NCBI GenBank assembly: GCA_964016885.1
Contig: OZ024741.1
Coordinates: 57,536,001-57,600,000 of the forward strand
Direction: 5' to 3'
Length of the DNA stretch: 64,000 bases
From: Eledone cirrhosa
Lineage: Eukaryota
The position numbers were made by a program, and so were the translations under genes. Shown piece after piece: positions 51,236 through 64,000 of the stretch (positions are counted from its first letter, which is position 1; every line of letters starts with the position of its first letter). Below the pieces are notes generated by a model. That model saw only the letters and a program-made list of their open reading frames with translations. It searched no databases and was not told where the DNA came from.

Positions 51236-53080
51236 CATAGAAATTCTCATTTTTTAAAATGTCATATGTCCCCAACTCCTCTTCCTATATATATATATAT
51301 AAGCACCCAGTCCTCACTGTAAAGTGGTTGTGTAGGTGTCATGACAAAAAGCATCTAGTCCATGCTGTAAAGTGGTCATGTAGGTGACATGGCAAAAAGG
51401 TTGGCGTTAGGAAGGGCATCCAGCCTTAGAAACCGAGCCAAAATTGGTTCTGCATGAGTGAATTACAGTCCCCCGACTTGATCTCTCACAAAGGGACAGC
51501 CCGTCCTACCCATGCTAGCGTGGAAGATGGACGTTAAATGATGAGGATGATGATGATGATATATATATATATAAATGAGATATAAAATGTATTGAATTGT
51601 TGATTTGGGGCGTTGAGTGTATATGTATTTCATAGAAGTGTAAGGAACTAAAACACAGAAATAGGTGTAAAACAGCTGGCCACTGTACGTGACCATAGCA
51701 AAGAATTGGGTGAATAAACCCCTTATGAATGGAAGAATGGTCAGAGAAGATGAGAGAGAGAAATAAAGAGGGAATGAAAGGGATAGAACATATAGCATAT
51801 GCTGATAGATAGAATGATAGATAGATGATAGAAAGCCAAACACTCTAAACCATATGAAATATACTATCAATATGTTGTAATCAATTTTGAAAATAAGAAT
51901 TTTGAGAGATTTAATAGAATAACTATTTCATTATTAAGATAGTGTTATCTTAACAACAGTCAAATGCACTGTTATCTTTGAGAATCGAACTCATCACCTT
52001 ATGGATTGTGAGGTGAACAAAAACAGCATGCACCTTTACTGTTGAAATAATGAGTTCTACTTTAAGCACAAGGCCAGACACTTTGGGGAGGGGAAAGAAG
52101 ATTATGTCAACCTCGGTACTATATTTTATCAAACATCCCCCCCCCCCCCCCAACCATATGGATAAAAGGAAAAGTTGACCTCAGCAGGATTTGAACTCAG
52201 AATGTAAAAAGTTTTTAAAAATACAGCTACACATTTGGCCAACACTCTAATGACTTTGACAACCTACCACCTTTCATTTCACTTCTGAAATATTACAGTG
52301 AATGACTCCATCAGCTATACAACCCTCACTTCTTTTTCCTCCTCCATTGTTTATGCATGTCACTACAAGGAACTGACAAGTGTGTTTGACACTTTCCATA
52401 ACAATCTTACAACTGTCCCTACTATAAATATGTGTCATGTGTCTAATAAATCAGTGTTATTGCACAAATAATTAAAAATTTCATTAACTTGATCATTCTC
52501 AAACTGTCAAAATAAAAATTATTCATTGTGTATGTTTTTTTTTTCTATATTTATTGACAGATTAAAGTAAAAACTAAAACAAAATCATTCAAAACAACAA
52601 ATATGAACCAATAATAAATAGAACCCTAGACTATTTATTTTGTGAAATGTGAGAGTTATTATTCTGTTATATCATTTTTTTAATGGGAAATCTTTGCCAG
52701 ATATTTTCCATGAAACAGAAGTAGGTGCAGTAAGGAAATGTTCTCAGAATATATATATATATATATACTCCACCTGGTATCTTGCCACATCCTCTTTGTT
52801 ACCCATGCTAGCATGGAAGATAGACGTTAAACGATGATGATGATATAATACAGAGGCAGACTGTTGAGGAACTAACATCACACATTTGGCTGGCCCTCTG
52901 TAAACCTTTTCCAAACTTAAAGGTTTTTTATGAAATTTCATTGTTTTATAGGTTCACCACCTGAAGAGTTCAGGCTGTCATAACTGATAGTCCTCAGTGA
53001 ATTATATATAACGGACTTTAATAAACCTGAACCAAATGAATATGGCCTCGGATGTTTTATTGATAAATATATATATATAT

Positions 53081-53363
53081 GGAGGCATATGGCATAGTGG
53101 TTAGAGCATTGGCCTTGCAATCGAAAGGTTGTGAGTTCAATTCTCAGACCGGGTGATGTGTTGTTTCCTTGAGCAAGACACTTTATTTCACATTGCTCCA
53201 GTTTACTCAGCTGTAGAAATGAGATGATAGGGACTGGGGTCCATATCATTCCACTGCAAAGTGGTCGTGGAGGTGCCACGGCAAAAAGCACCCAGCACTC
53301 ACTGTAAATGAGGTTCCCGTCCCACCCTTGCAAGCAGGGAAAAGCGGACGTAAAATGATGATG
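53081..53363 (+). mobile_element. SINE family A copy with internal deletion
   Basis: Matches 8693-9036. Confidence 0.9.
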
Positions 53364-53819
53364 ATATATATATATATATATATACACATGCACACACATA
53401 TGTATATAAACTGAGTCCACTTTTTTCCATCTCTAGGGTATTTTACCTGATTCTCTCAGCTATTATTTATAGTGATCGACTGTTATTATGGTTATTTTCT
53501 GCATTTGGCATTCTTACACTATCAAATTTAAAATCTCCAAGCTCTTTGATAATTTATAAAGTTTGTTTACTTCTGGCTATGTTCAAGCTACAAGCTGTTT
53601 TGGATAGAATGTTAAAATAAATAGAGAAAGGTGTTGGGTGACTTCTTAGGATGAAGGAAATGCAGTCACACAGTATTTGAGAGATACAGAATTAATTCCC
53701 ATATAGGTGCCTCTGTCTAATTTTTTCCATTTCTAGGAATATTTTACCCAATCCTCTCAGTTATTATAGTGATTGACTGTTATTTCAGTTATTTTCTGCA
53801 TTTGGGATTCTCACATATT

Positions 53820-53975
53820 CAAAGGCCCTAGAGCTACCTGCTTATTCACCACCATAGGTGCTGAACTGGCCAGCCGCAGGTGTGAGCCTTGCGAGTTGGA
53901 ATGGCTCTTCCAGCGCATCTCCCTTACCATCCTCTGGGGAAACGCCTTCTCCATTCTGTCCGCCAGCGCTGTGAG
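53820..53975 (+). mobile_element. CRE-type 3' terminal fragment
   Basis: GPRATCLFTTIGAELASRRCEPCELEWLFQRISL matches 29235-29385. Confidence 0.8.
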
Positions 53976-54185
53976 GAGGCCCATTTGGAACCCCATTTGC
54001 TCACCATACGAATTAAGGCATATAACCTCTCTTTTCCTTATATTTGTTTACTTATCATGCCGTCTTCCCACATTTCTTTACCATTTTTATACATTCCAAA
54101 AAGACTTTGTCGCCAATTTTGAAAACTTTTGTCGTCATCTTTATACACACACACACACACACACGTGTGTGTGTGTGTGTTAGAG

Positions 54186-54522
54186 CATGGCTTAGTGGTT
54201 AGAGCATTGGCCTTGCAATCGAAAGGTTGTGAGTTCAATTCTCAGACCGGGTGATGTGTTGTTTCCTTGAGCAAGACACTTTATTTCACATTGCTCCAGT
54301 TTACTCAGCTGTAGAAATGAGATGATAGGGACTGGGGTCCATATCATTCGACTGCAAAGTGGTCGTGGAGGTGCCACGGCAAAAAGCACCCAGCACTCAC
54401 TGTAAATGAGGTTGGTGTTAGGAAGGGCATCCAGCTGTATAAATCAAGCCAGAATCAGTTCCCGTCTCACCCTTGCAAGCAGGGAAAAGCGGACGTAAAA
54501 CGATGATGATGATGATGATGAT
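54186..54522 (+). mobile_element. SINE family A copy
   Basis: Matches 8693-9036. Confidence 0.9.
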
Positions 54523-54554
54523 ACATATATACACACATATATATATATATATAT

Positions 54555-55130
54555 ACACATTACATATCCATTGAAGCATACCAGCTTCATTTATTTTTTC
54601 CAATCTTCACAGGTCCTTTGCTTACAGCACCCAGGTCTCCCTGCCATGCAACATTGCTGTTAATATATATGCATCATACAATCTGCCCTTCACTTTGAGA
54701 GAAAAACCTTTTGTAGTTAGCAGCAGTAGCAGCTTCCTGAACTTTCTCCATCCTGTTCTCACTTTGGCTACTGTACTTTCGAAACATCTACTTCCACTGC
54801 TAATTTGGCTGCCCAAGTAACAGAAACTATCAGCTACTCTTACCAAGCCCTCTGGGCATTTAAAGGAGCTAGTATCCTGTGGGCTCTTGCTACATACTGC
54901 GCTTGTGCAACAAACATATAAAACCTGTTCTTTGCTAGTCTGCCTGAAATCCCACTACATCTCTTGTGTACCAATAGTTTGCATTGGGGCATAGGATGGA
55001 ATTTCTACCTACACTTTTCCTGCACACAGAGCAAAGCCATTTCCCTGAAGGAATCTGGGCCTTGTTTTCCTTTCTACATACTAGGACTTTAGTCTTTGCC
55101 AAGTTGACTCTAAGACCTTTAGATTCCATT
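54555..55130 (-). mobile_element. RTE LINE fragment
   Basis: ESKGLRVNLAKTKVL and GWRKFRKLLLLL on the minus strand. Confidence 0.85.
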
Positions 55131-55149
55131 TACTTTCTGCAAGCACAAA

Positions 55150-55815
55150 GTTCTCAGGAGGTTGGATTGATGCCCTGTTTGTGGCCAACATTGGTAGTCT
55201 TCTCAGTCAGGACAAGCTTCGCATCTCCATTGCATTCCGTGTGGAAGCAAATGTCTGTTTGGGTTTGAGATGTTGCTGTGGGAGGTCCCTCGACTCCACA
55301 GGCCTCAATGGTTTGTCCTGTCACCTGAATGTTGGTCACTTTGCCTGTCACATCAAGCTAAACCTGATCATTGAGCAGGCCTTAACTCGGGTAAATATCC
55401 CCTCAGTTCTGGAGCCGGCTGCATTACCCAGAAGTGATGGGAAGAGACCAGGTGGCTTTACCCTTTGTCCTTGGGTAAGAGGCAGATGTCTCACCTGGGA
55501 TGCCACAATTAATGACTCTTTTGCTCCCTCCCACATTATGGACATTGCAGTAAGTGTGAGGGTCACTACTTCCATTGCTGAACAGAATAAAATCTGAAAA
55601 TACCGGGAACTATCAAACAATTTTTCCAGCATGTGGTGTTCGAAATGTTTGGTGGAGTTGGGCCACTGACAGTGAAGTTCTTGTCATTACTGGTGACTCA
55701 ACTTACTGAGATGTCAGGTGATGCCCGTGAGAGTACCTGGTTGTTTCAGTGCCTTAACCTTATCACTCGTGGTAATGCTGTGAGCATGTTGGCTTGCTTC
55801 AAAATATTCTGTTGA
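55150..55815 (+). mobile_element. Degenerate CRE-type REL endonuclease fragment
   Basis: SVLEPAALPRSDGKRPGGFTLCPWVRGRCLTWDAT and WLFQCL..RGNA. Confidence 0.8.
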
Positions 55816-56569
55816 CCCTTGCTATATGCAGCTGATTGTTGCACTTGGTGGTGAATTGATGGTAGTTCTTGTTTTCCGTTTTTTACATTCTCTTGCTCTG
55901 GTCATATATTTTGGTGTGTTGTATTTGTAAAGTTCCTAACAATAGTCAATTGTACTTATATGTGTTTATACTTGTGTTTATGTTCTCATTCTGAAAGAAT
56001 TGTGAACAATTTGTAATGTTATTTATACAACTGTGAATAAAATAATAATCACACACACACAAAAGAAATTATGCAACAATATATTTTAAGTGAGAATATG
56101 TGAGTTAATATTTAGATGTGTGTGTAAGTATGTGATTATTAGTGTGTTTAAGTTTTGTTGTATGTGTAATGTATTTATGTGTGTGTGTGTGTGTGTGTGT
56201 GTGTGAGTATTTCTATATAGTGCAGGGATGGTGCATGTGTCGGTGTGCACGTGGATGGGATGTGGGTATGGATGCAGTGGGGAGAGAAAGTTAGAGGAAG
56301 AAGGGGTGGAGTATATGTAATTATATATAGGGAGTAGATGTAATTATGAAAAAAATGAAAAAAATAAAAGACAAAAACAATTTTAAATTTAAATCAAATG
56401 TTTATTGAAGATAAATTATTGTTAACATCATCATCATATTGTGATGTGTTAATCTTATGACACACTAGCAGTGTTGTGAGAATGTTGGATAACATGTTTT
56501 TGTGTTATTCCAATTTTCTGAGTTCAAATGCTGCCAAGGTCACCATTTTTTATTCCTTTTTTTTTTTAT

Positions 56570-56897
56570 TTCCATGTGTCTAACACATGTGGACATGACT
56601 ACAAAGTCAGAAAACAGCACAGCTCGCATGACTTTCGGATACATTTTTTCACGCTCAGAGTTGCTGAAGCATGCATCAGTTGTTAGTTGCTGAGATACTG
56701 CATCCTTTAAAACCTCCATGCTTCCTGAAATTCACTACACCTGATATCCCCCCTCCATACACATGTACACATGTATTTCATTAATCATACACTGATCATT
56801 TTCCTGACATTTGAACATATTTCTATGTACTATACATGCACCTTTGATGAGTTGTAGTGCACCTGAGCACTGTACACAATTTCATTATTATTATTAT
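56570..56897 (+). mobile_element. CR1 LINE 3' fragment
   Basis: Similar to 6371-6722, with (ATT)n tail. Confidence 0.85.
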
Positions 56898-57628
56898 ATT
56901 ATCCTTCTTCGTTCTTTTGGGATTGATAACTGAAATATCAGTCCAGTTCTGTACTTGCTTTTTCTGTCCTCCTTCTGTCTCTCCTCTGTGGTTAATTCAG
57001 CTGTAGTCTGACCTGGAGTGTGTTGTCAGGGCATCAGAATTCTTTGTGGTATTCCTTCCAATTCTCGAAACTCAAATTCTGCTGGGGTCACCAGTTTTTC
57101 ATCCTTTTGGGGTTGATAAATAAAATTTCAATCCTGTATTGAGGTCATTTCCCCCTTCTTTTTATCCATCTCTATTATTCTCCTTCTGTATCCTTCTCCA
57201 TAGTTAATTTAGTTGTGCTTAGATCTGGAGTGTTGTTAGAGCATCTGAATTCTTTGTGGTATTCCTTCCAATTCTTGAAACTCAAATTCTGTTGAGGTCA
57301 ATTTTGTCTGCCATCCTTTTAGGGTTAATAAATGAAGTACCAATGAAGTATTGGAGTTGTTCTTTATCAACATCTCTATTGTTTTCTGTTTCTTCTCCAT
57401 ACTTAAATTGACTGTAGTCAGACCTGGAGAGGGTTGTGTCCTGCCAGGGTATAAAGTGCCTAAGTCACACCATATATTACAACGGCACTCATATGACTCC
57501 ATCAGGAGCTATGGTCCTGAGGCCAGACAACTTAATGTTTTTGCCCCCTTTTACATGTCTATTATTTGATCTTATAGATGTATTTGGTTCTGGTATTCAT
57601 ATTGTTGTATTACAAGTTTCCTTGCAAT

Positions 57629-57948
57629 CGAGCATTGGCCTTGCAATTGAAAGGTTGTGAGTTCAATTCTCAGACCGGGTGATGTGTTGTTTCCTTGAGC
57701 AAGACACTTTATTTCACATTGCTCCAGTTTACTCAGCTGTAGAAATAAGATGATAGGGACTGGGGTCTCTATCATTCCACTGCAAAGTGGTCGTGGAGGT
57801 GCCACGGCAAAAAAGCACCCAGCACTCACTGTAAATGAGGTTGGTGTTAGGAAGGGCATCCAGCTGTATAAATCAAGCCAGAATCAGTTCCCGTCCCACC
57901 CTTGCAAGCAAGGAAAAAGCGGACGTAAAATGAAATGATGATGATGAT
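57629..57948 (+). mobile_element. SINE family A copy, 5'-clipped
   Basis: Matches 8693-9036. Confidence 0.9.
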
Positions 57949-58485
57949 GTGATTGTTCTGTAACTTGAAATAGCAAATATTTGTAAACACCTCAAATATA
58001 TAAATCATATATTGATGGTGTCTAAGATTTCTCCCACTCAGAAATTTGATGTGAGATTTAGTGTCTTTCCCTTTCAAATTGACTTTTTTAAAATTTGAGA
58101 ATGAAGTAATATAGCTTCACAAATTCTTGCCTTGGTTCAAGAAATGGCTCGAAGTCGGCACAGACTTTTGCAACACGAAGCTGTAGATATGACATTACTT
58201 CACAGTTACACATTGTGTTTTATTGTAACTTATACTTGTTCAGAGCCTTAACATAAATAGACCTTTATGTGTAATGAGAAAAGAAGCGACAAAGCTTCTC
58301 TCACTTTTCAATTAGAGCTCTTTGGAAATGTTGCATAACAGTCGGAGCCTTCCTCCCAACATTCAACCATATTGACTGATTCATACTGGTTAAAGTGATG
58401 AAACAGTCTTCATATTTGTTTTCTATTTCAATTTATTCAGTGTTGATTTCTTCAATTTCACTATCGATTGTCAAATGAGAAATGA

Positions 58486-59450
58486 AAATAACTTGCTCTG
58501 GGCTGTTATGAGATAAATTTCACTGAACTATTATATAATATATTTCACTGAGCTGTTATAAAATATCTTTCACTGAGCTGTTATAAAATAACTTACTCTG
58601 AGTTGTTATAAAATAACTTACACTGAGCTGTTATAAAATAACTTACTCTGAGTTATTATAAATATCTTACTCTGAGCTGTTATAAAATAACTTACTCTGA
58701 GTTGTTATAAAATAACTTACTCTGAGTTGTTATAAAATATCTTACTCTGAACTGTTATAAAATATCTTACTCTGAGATGTTATAAAATATCTTACTCTGA
58801 GCTGTTATAAAATAACTTACACTGAGCTGTTATAAAATATCTTATTCTGAACTGTTATAAAATAACTTACTCTGTGCTGTTATAAAATAACTTATACTGA
58901 GCTCTTATAAAATAACTTACACTGAGCTCTTATAAAATAACTTACTCTGAGTTATTATAAAATATTTTACTCTGAGCTGTTATAAAATAACTTACTCTGA
59001 GTTGTTATAAAAATCTTATTCTGATCTGTTATAAAATAACTTACTCTGAGCTGTTATAAAATAACTTACTCTGAGTTGTTATAAAATAACTTACTCTGAG
59101 TTGTTATAAAATATCTTTTACTGAGCTGTTATAAAATATCTTACTCTGAGTTGTTATAAAATATCTTACTCTGAGTTGTTATAAAATAACTTACTCTGAG
59201 CTGTTATAAAATAACTTACACTGAGCTGTTATAAAAGATCTTATTCTGAACTGTTATAATATAATTTACTCTGAGTTGTTATAAAATATCTTACTCTGAG
59301 TTGTTATAAAATAACTTACTCTGAGTTGTTATAAAATAACTTACTCTGAGCTGTTATAAAATAACTTACTCTGAGCTGTTATAAAATAACTTACTCTGAG
59401 CTGTTATAAAATATCTTTCAATAAGCTGTAATGAAATTACTTTCTATAAA
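58486..59450. repeat. 25-bp minisatellite (ctgagctgttataaaataacttact)n, roughly 35-38 units
   Basis: Period 25, e.g. ttactctgag at 59341, 59366 and 59391. Confidence 0.95.
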
Positions 59451-59775
59451 GATGTAAAGAAGTATTGCTTTCTCTGAACTGCTATGAAATAGCATTCTCA
59501 AAACTTGTATATTTTGTAACTTGTATATTTTTAGTCACATGACCATTATGATGTCATAAGATAAAGAAACAATATTGGCTTATGTGTGTGTGTATATATA
59601 TATATTTCTTTTTTGTAACCTGGCGGAAGGGCTGATGATAAAACTTGACATATAAGTATATATATGTATATATATATATATATATATAGCCATTTAGGTG
59701 TGTGTGTATGTGGATAGATATATGTATGTGAGTGCGTGTGTGCATGGGCATACACACACGCACATATGTTGTATA

Positions 59776-60185
59776 TCTATATATCTAAAACAGAGAATGT
59801 CTGTCTGTCTGTCTGTCTGTCTGACTCCCTAAAACTCGAGAACCACCCAACCGATTGTTTTCAAACTTTACACATGTAATACTTATGGTCGTGTGAGTGT
59901 TTTGAGCAAAAAATATTTCAAAGTTTCAATGCCCTAGGGACCGCGTTAGATAGCTATAACGTTTGCGCCCTTCTAATATCTGTCTGTATGTCTGGCTGTC
60001 TACATTACGACATTATAACACTATCTGTGTGTGTGTGTATATATGTATATATAGTGTGTATATATATATAGTACGTAATGTTTTTCGAAATATTTACTTC
60101 TGCGTTCACAGATTGAATTTTTTAGTTTCAGAAGATCCCGTTAAGGGTGAAAGGAGCGATTCTTCGCTTAAACTTTAATCTGTTA

Positions 60186-60251
<66 letters not shown>

Positions 60252-60667
60252 TATATTTGTGTACAGATATTTTTGCATACACAATAACAAAATATAAACA
60301 AACATATTTATTTCATGAGACCTGATAAGGATAAATATATATCAAATATATAAGAACCCTAGAGCAAATATTGTTCTCATTGCTGACGAGGCAGAAGGGG
60401 ATATACACGATTGGCTGAAGAAGGATGACCAATGGCCGCTATCATACCAACAGCAGCAAAAACAACAACAAAAAGAGAGGGAACGCAATTACATTCTTTT
60501 GAAAAATCTTAATGGAAAATTATTTGCCTATTCACCCAAGGCGACTTCACTTTTTATTAGGACTTCTGCATCAATTGGTGAACATACGACAAAACTGTTT
60601 CAGAAAGGAGGGATAAACATGCTAATCTATGTTTAGAATCCCGAGCAACGCCGGGCCTTTCTGCTAG
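59776..60667 (+). mobile_element. Non-autonomous Helitron
   Basis: 5' tctatatatctaaaa followed by (gtct)n; 3' hairpin cccgagcaacgccggg (60640-60655) followed by CTAG/T. Confidence 0.7.
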
Positions 60668-60902
60668 TATATATATATTTATTTTATTATAGAAGTAAAT
60701 TCTGCAGGACTGTAATTATTTCATTCAAAGAAATCACCATGATATCTTACAAATGAAGTGGTTCTCATCCTGGAGAAGTTGTTTCTATAATAAAATGCAT
60801 ATGCCTATAATCTATTAATGTTTTGAGTACTTTTTTTAACTGTAGTTTCCTCCTGATACACATTGGGAATTCACCTATGTATATATATATGTATATATAT
60901 AT

Positions 60903-62035
60903 ATCATCATCATACTTATATCCCCTTTCCATGCTTGCATTGGTTGGATGGGTTCTTTTCAGCATGGTATCTCTCCACACATAGAGATCCTTTGTCATCA
61001 CCTCTGCGAGTCTAAGTGATTGGAGGTCAGCTCTCACAATCTCTGCCCAAGTCTTTTTTGGTCTACCTCTACTGTGGCTTCCTTCCACTGGGATTTCCTG
61101 GCACTTCTTCACCCAATGATTATCATCCATGCATATCACATGTCCAAACCAATGCAGTCTTCTCTCCTGCACACCACCTCAGATTCCTCTTAAACCCAAC
61201 TTCTTCAACTCATCCAAGCTCTGCCTTTCTCTCACACTTACATTATACATCTAACGGAGCATGGTTGCTTCATTTCTCTCCAGTCTATGCATGTCTTCTG
61301 GAGACACAGCCCATGTTTCCCTACCATACAGCATCACACTTTGCACACAGGCATCATACAGTCATCCTTTTGTACATAGGAAGAAACCTTTTGTGGTCAA
61401 CAGTGGGAGTATCTCTCTGGACTTTTCCATCCTATCCTTATTCTAGCTATTATACTCTCAGGCCTTTTGATTCTAAATTCTGTTTCCATATTCGGAACTT
61501 ATTTTCCAGACCTTTAATGGATTTGAGTATAAGGACTAGATCTTCTGTGTAGAGAAGTTCCCATGAGCAGCCAGTCTTAAATTCCTGCTATAGACTGGAG
61601 AATTATAATGAATAGTAGTGGGCTAAGAGCTGAACCTTGATGAACTCCTACATGTACCTTGAATTCCTCACTAAACTAATTTCCTACTCTCACTTTGTTG
61701 ACAGCTCCTCTGTTCATGGCTTGCACTGCTCTCACCAAACATTCTTCTACATCTAATTTCCTTAAGGACCACCAGATAAAAGATTGAGGTACTCTGTCAA
61801 ACACTTTTTCTAAGTTAACGAAAGCTATGTATAGTGACTTATTTTTCACTAAGAACCTCTCTTATAGTCCCCTCACAAAAAAGAGGCCATAGTACTTTTC
61901 CCAGGCATGAAACCAAACTACATCACTCCTAATTTGACTCTTTCTCTTATTAGTTGTGCTATAACTCTTCCCATCACTTTCATAACTTGGTTCATTAGTT
62001 TTATTCCTCAAGAGTTGCTCCTCTCTAGGGCAGAG
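60903..62035 (-). mobile_element. Degenerate RTE LINE 3' fragment
   Basis: ERRLHWFGHVICMDDNHWVKKCQEIPVEG..RGRPKKTW and an (ATG)n tail. Confidence 0.88.
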
Positions 62036-62776
62036 TGATGCAGGCTTTGTGTCGATTACCCAGGAAGTGGGGTGGGGTCATTTCAACATGGGATTTATAT
62101 ATATATATATATATATATATGGAACACGAGACTGTACATAAGCACACAGATCTTTGGCTTGCCTGAGAGATCAGTGGCACCGCCTCAGTACGGACTTGCT
62201 TTATATGGACCCATCCAACTCTTGCTAGCAGGGAAAGCGGGTGTTAAAACGACAACGATGATGGAATATATATATTAATAAGTAGGAACGAGTTGTCAAA
62301 GTATCATCATTAAGTTTATTCAGATGTGACACACCCTCAAGGTTTGATCTGTATTGATCAGGCCCAACACTGGAATCAATAGCTCAACAGACTTTTGGTT
62401 TCATTAATATATATAAGAAATTACACAAGATTAGATGGTGGAACTTGTACCATGTATTGGAACAGTAAGAACAGACAACAATCTCAAAGAAACAAAACAT
62501 AAATCGATGAGATTGCTAAACCTGTCTTCAGCTGTCTTCAGGTTAATATTGTAGTTTCAGCACTTTTAAACAGGGCCACCTAACCCAATGTTATCAGCAG
62601 TGTTATAATTACTTGAGAAATCACTATACAAGATGATTAGAAAGAATATATTATGTTCATTATATCACCTTGTGTTTTAATTTTTCGTTTGTGTTGCCTA
62701 CTTTTGTACTTCAGAATTTGCGATGTCTAATCTTTCATTCCTTTCGTTCTGTTTTACAAATTCCTCTCTCTCACTA

Positions 62777-62840
<64 letters not shown>

Positions 62841-62942
62841 CACACACACATATATGTATATATATATATATATATATACATACAGCATCACACTTTGCAC
62901 ACAGGCAAAATACATGGAACTCCTTTAACCATCTTTTGTTCT

Positions 62943-62986
<44 letters not shown>

Positions 62987-62989
<3 letters not shown>

Positions 62990-64000
62990 GGAGGTGAGTT
63001 TTATTGTAGTACAATAAAGCAATGCAGATATCGGATAAGAAGCACTCTACAGTTTGTAGGACTGGAGTATACATAATATATAATATCAAAAGATGGTTAA
63101 AAGAGTTCCATTTGATATTGCCAACTACTATTCTTCTATTTCGCCTTCACTTCTCAACAATGCTCTATCTTTTGCATTTAAATATTCTGACATCACCACA
63201 GATGAACTTCACATCATTCTCACCGCACGTAAAACCATCCTAGAGTTCAACAATGAATATTGGACTAGAGCTGATACCTCTAACAACTTCGACATCACAA
63301 TGGGAGCATCCGATTCATCCCAATTGACAGATTTAATTAGTATCTTTATTTTGAACTCTTTGAGTCGGAAAATTCCTCAACTTCGCGGTGGAATTTATCG
63401 TGACAATGGACTCTTTACTATCTTAAATTGCAACATAGTTAACCTTAATATTATTAAGAACAATATACGTAATCTCTTTAACCAACATAACTTAAAAATT
63501 GAATTTGATAACAGCATCAAACTAGCTAATTTCTTGGATGTATCTCTTAATCTTGACACTGGCCTATATTACCCTTACCATAAAAACAATGAGAACCTAA
63601 ATTATGTTAATTTTAAATCTAACCACCCCACTAATATTAAGAATGCTATAGTTAGTAATATTGGAAAAAGAATATCTAACCTATCTTCTAATAAAAACAT
63701 CTTTGATGCTAACGCCAATTACTATAATAACGCGCTTTCTAAAGCCGGCTATCCTGATAAAATCAAATATAGTAAAGAAACAAATTCTAGAAGATCTTAC
63801 AGTAGAATAATTAATCATGATCATTCCAATAACTTTAATAAAAGACCTAGATACAAAAACATAATCTGGTATAATGCTCCTTTCTCCATCTCTATTAATA
63901 ATAATATTCCTAAATTATTCTTTAGTGCCTTAAATAAATGCTTCCTGCATCTCATATCTATAGTAAAATATTTAACAAACACACTATACAATTTTCCTAT
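62987..64000 (+). mobile_element. Second Penelope-like element: inverted pLTR end (62987-63110) joined to RT coding sequence running off the window
   Basis: 62987-63110 matches 43953-44074. Hand translation from 63111 gives FDIANYYSSI...FDITMGASDSSQLTDLISIFIL...GIYRDNGL...NFLDVSLNL...SNHP...RISNLSS; the catalytic YRDD appears as YRDN. Confidence 0.88.

Noticed and set aside
57990-58480. Possible coding exon in unique sequence
   Set aside because: The minus-strand frame I translated has stops, the ORF track shows nothing convincing here, and no protein motif was recognised
58486-59450. CRISPR-like array
   Set aside because: Units are contiguous with no unique spacers, there are no cas genes, and the context is eukaryotic

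Overview
AT-rich, repeat-dominated animal genomic DNA. The SINE/LINE families and microsatellites suggest a cephalopod mollusc such as octopus, but that is inference. The only clear host gene is an intronless Mediator subunit 29 (MED29/intersex) ORF at 10182-10661. The rest is mostly mobile DNA: CR1, RTE, RTE-X-like and CRE-type LINE fragments, tRNA-derived SINEs sharing the RTE 3' tail, a Tigger/pogo transposon, mariner and Helitron relics, and two Penelope-like (PLE) fragments. The most notable signal is a group of hammerhead ribozymes (HHRs). (i) A 310-bp tandem array at 40951-43587 carries 9 minimal type I HHRs, has an internal inversion, and is flanked by an inverted duplication of neighbouring DNA; it looks like a non-LTR retrozyme and sits next to a Penelope GIY-YIG element whose inverted pLTRs also carry HHRs. 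(ii) A second, 434-bp retrozyme-like unit has an HHR and an octamer motif. (iii) A solitary HHR with all three stems lies in apparently unique CpG-rich sequence at 33361-33440. (iv) Many small asymmetric fold-back relics carry whole, degenerate or half HHR motifs. Everything was read by eye, and repeat boundaries are approximate.
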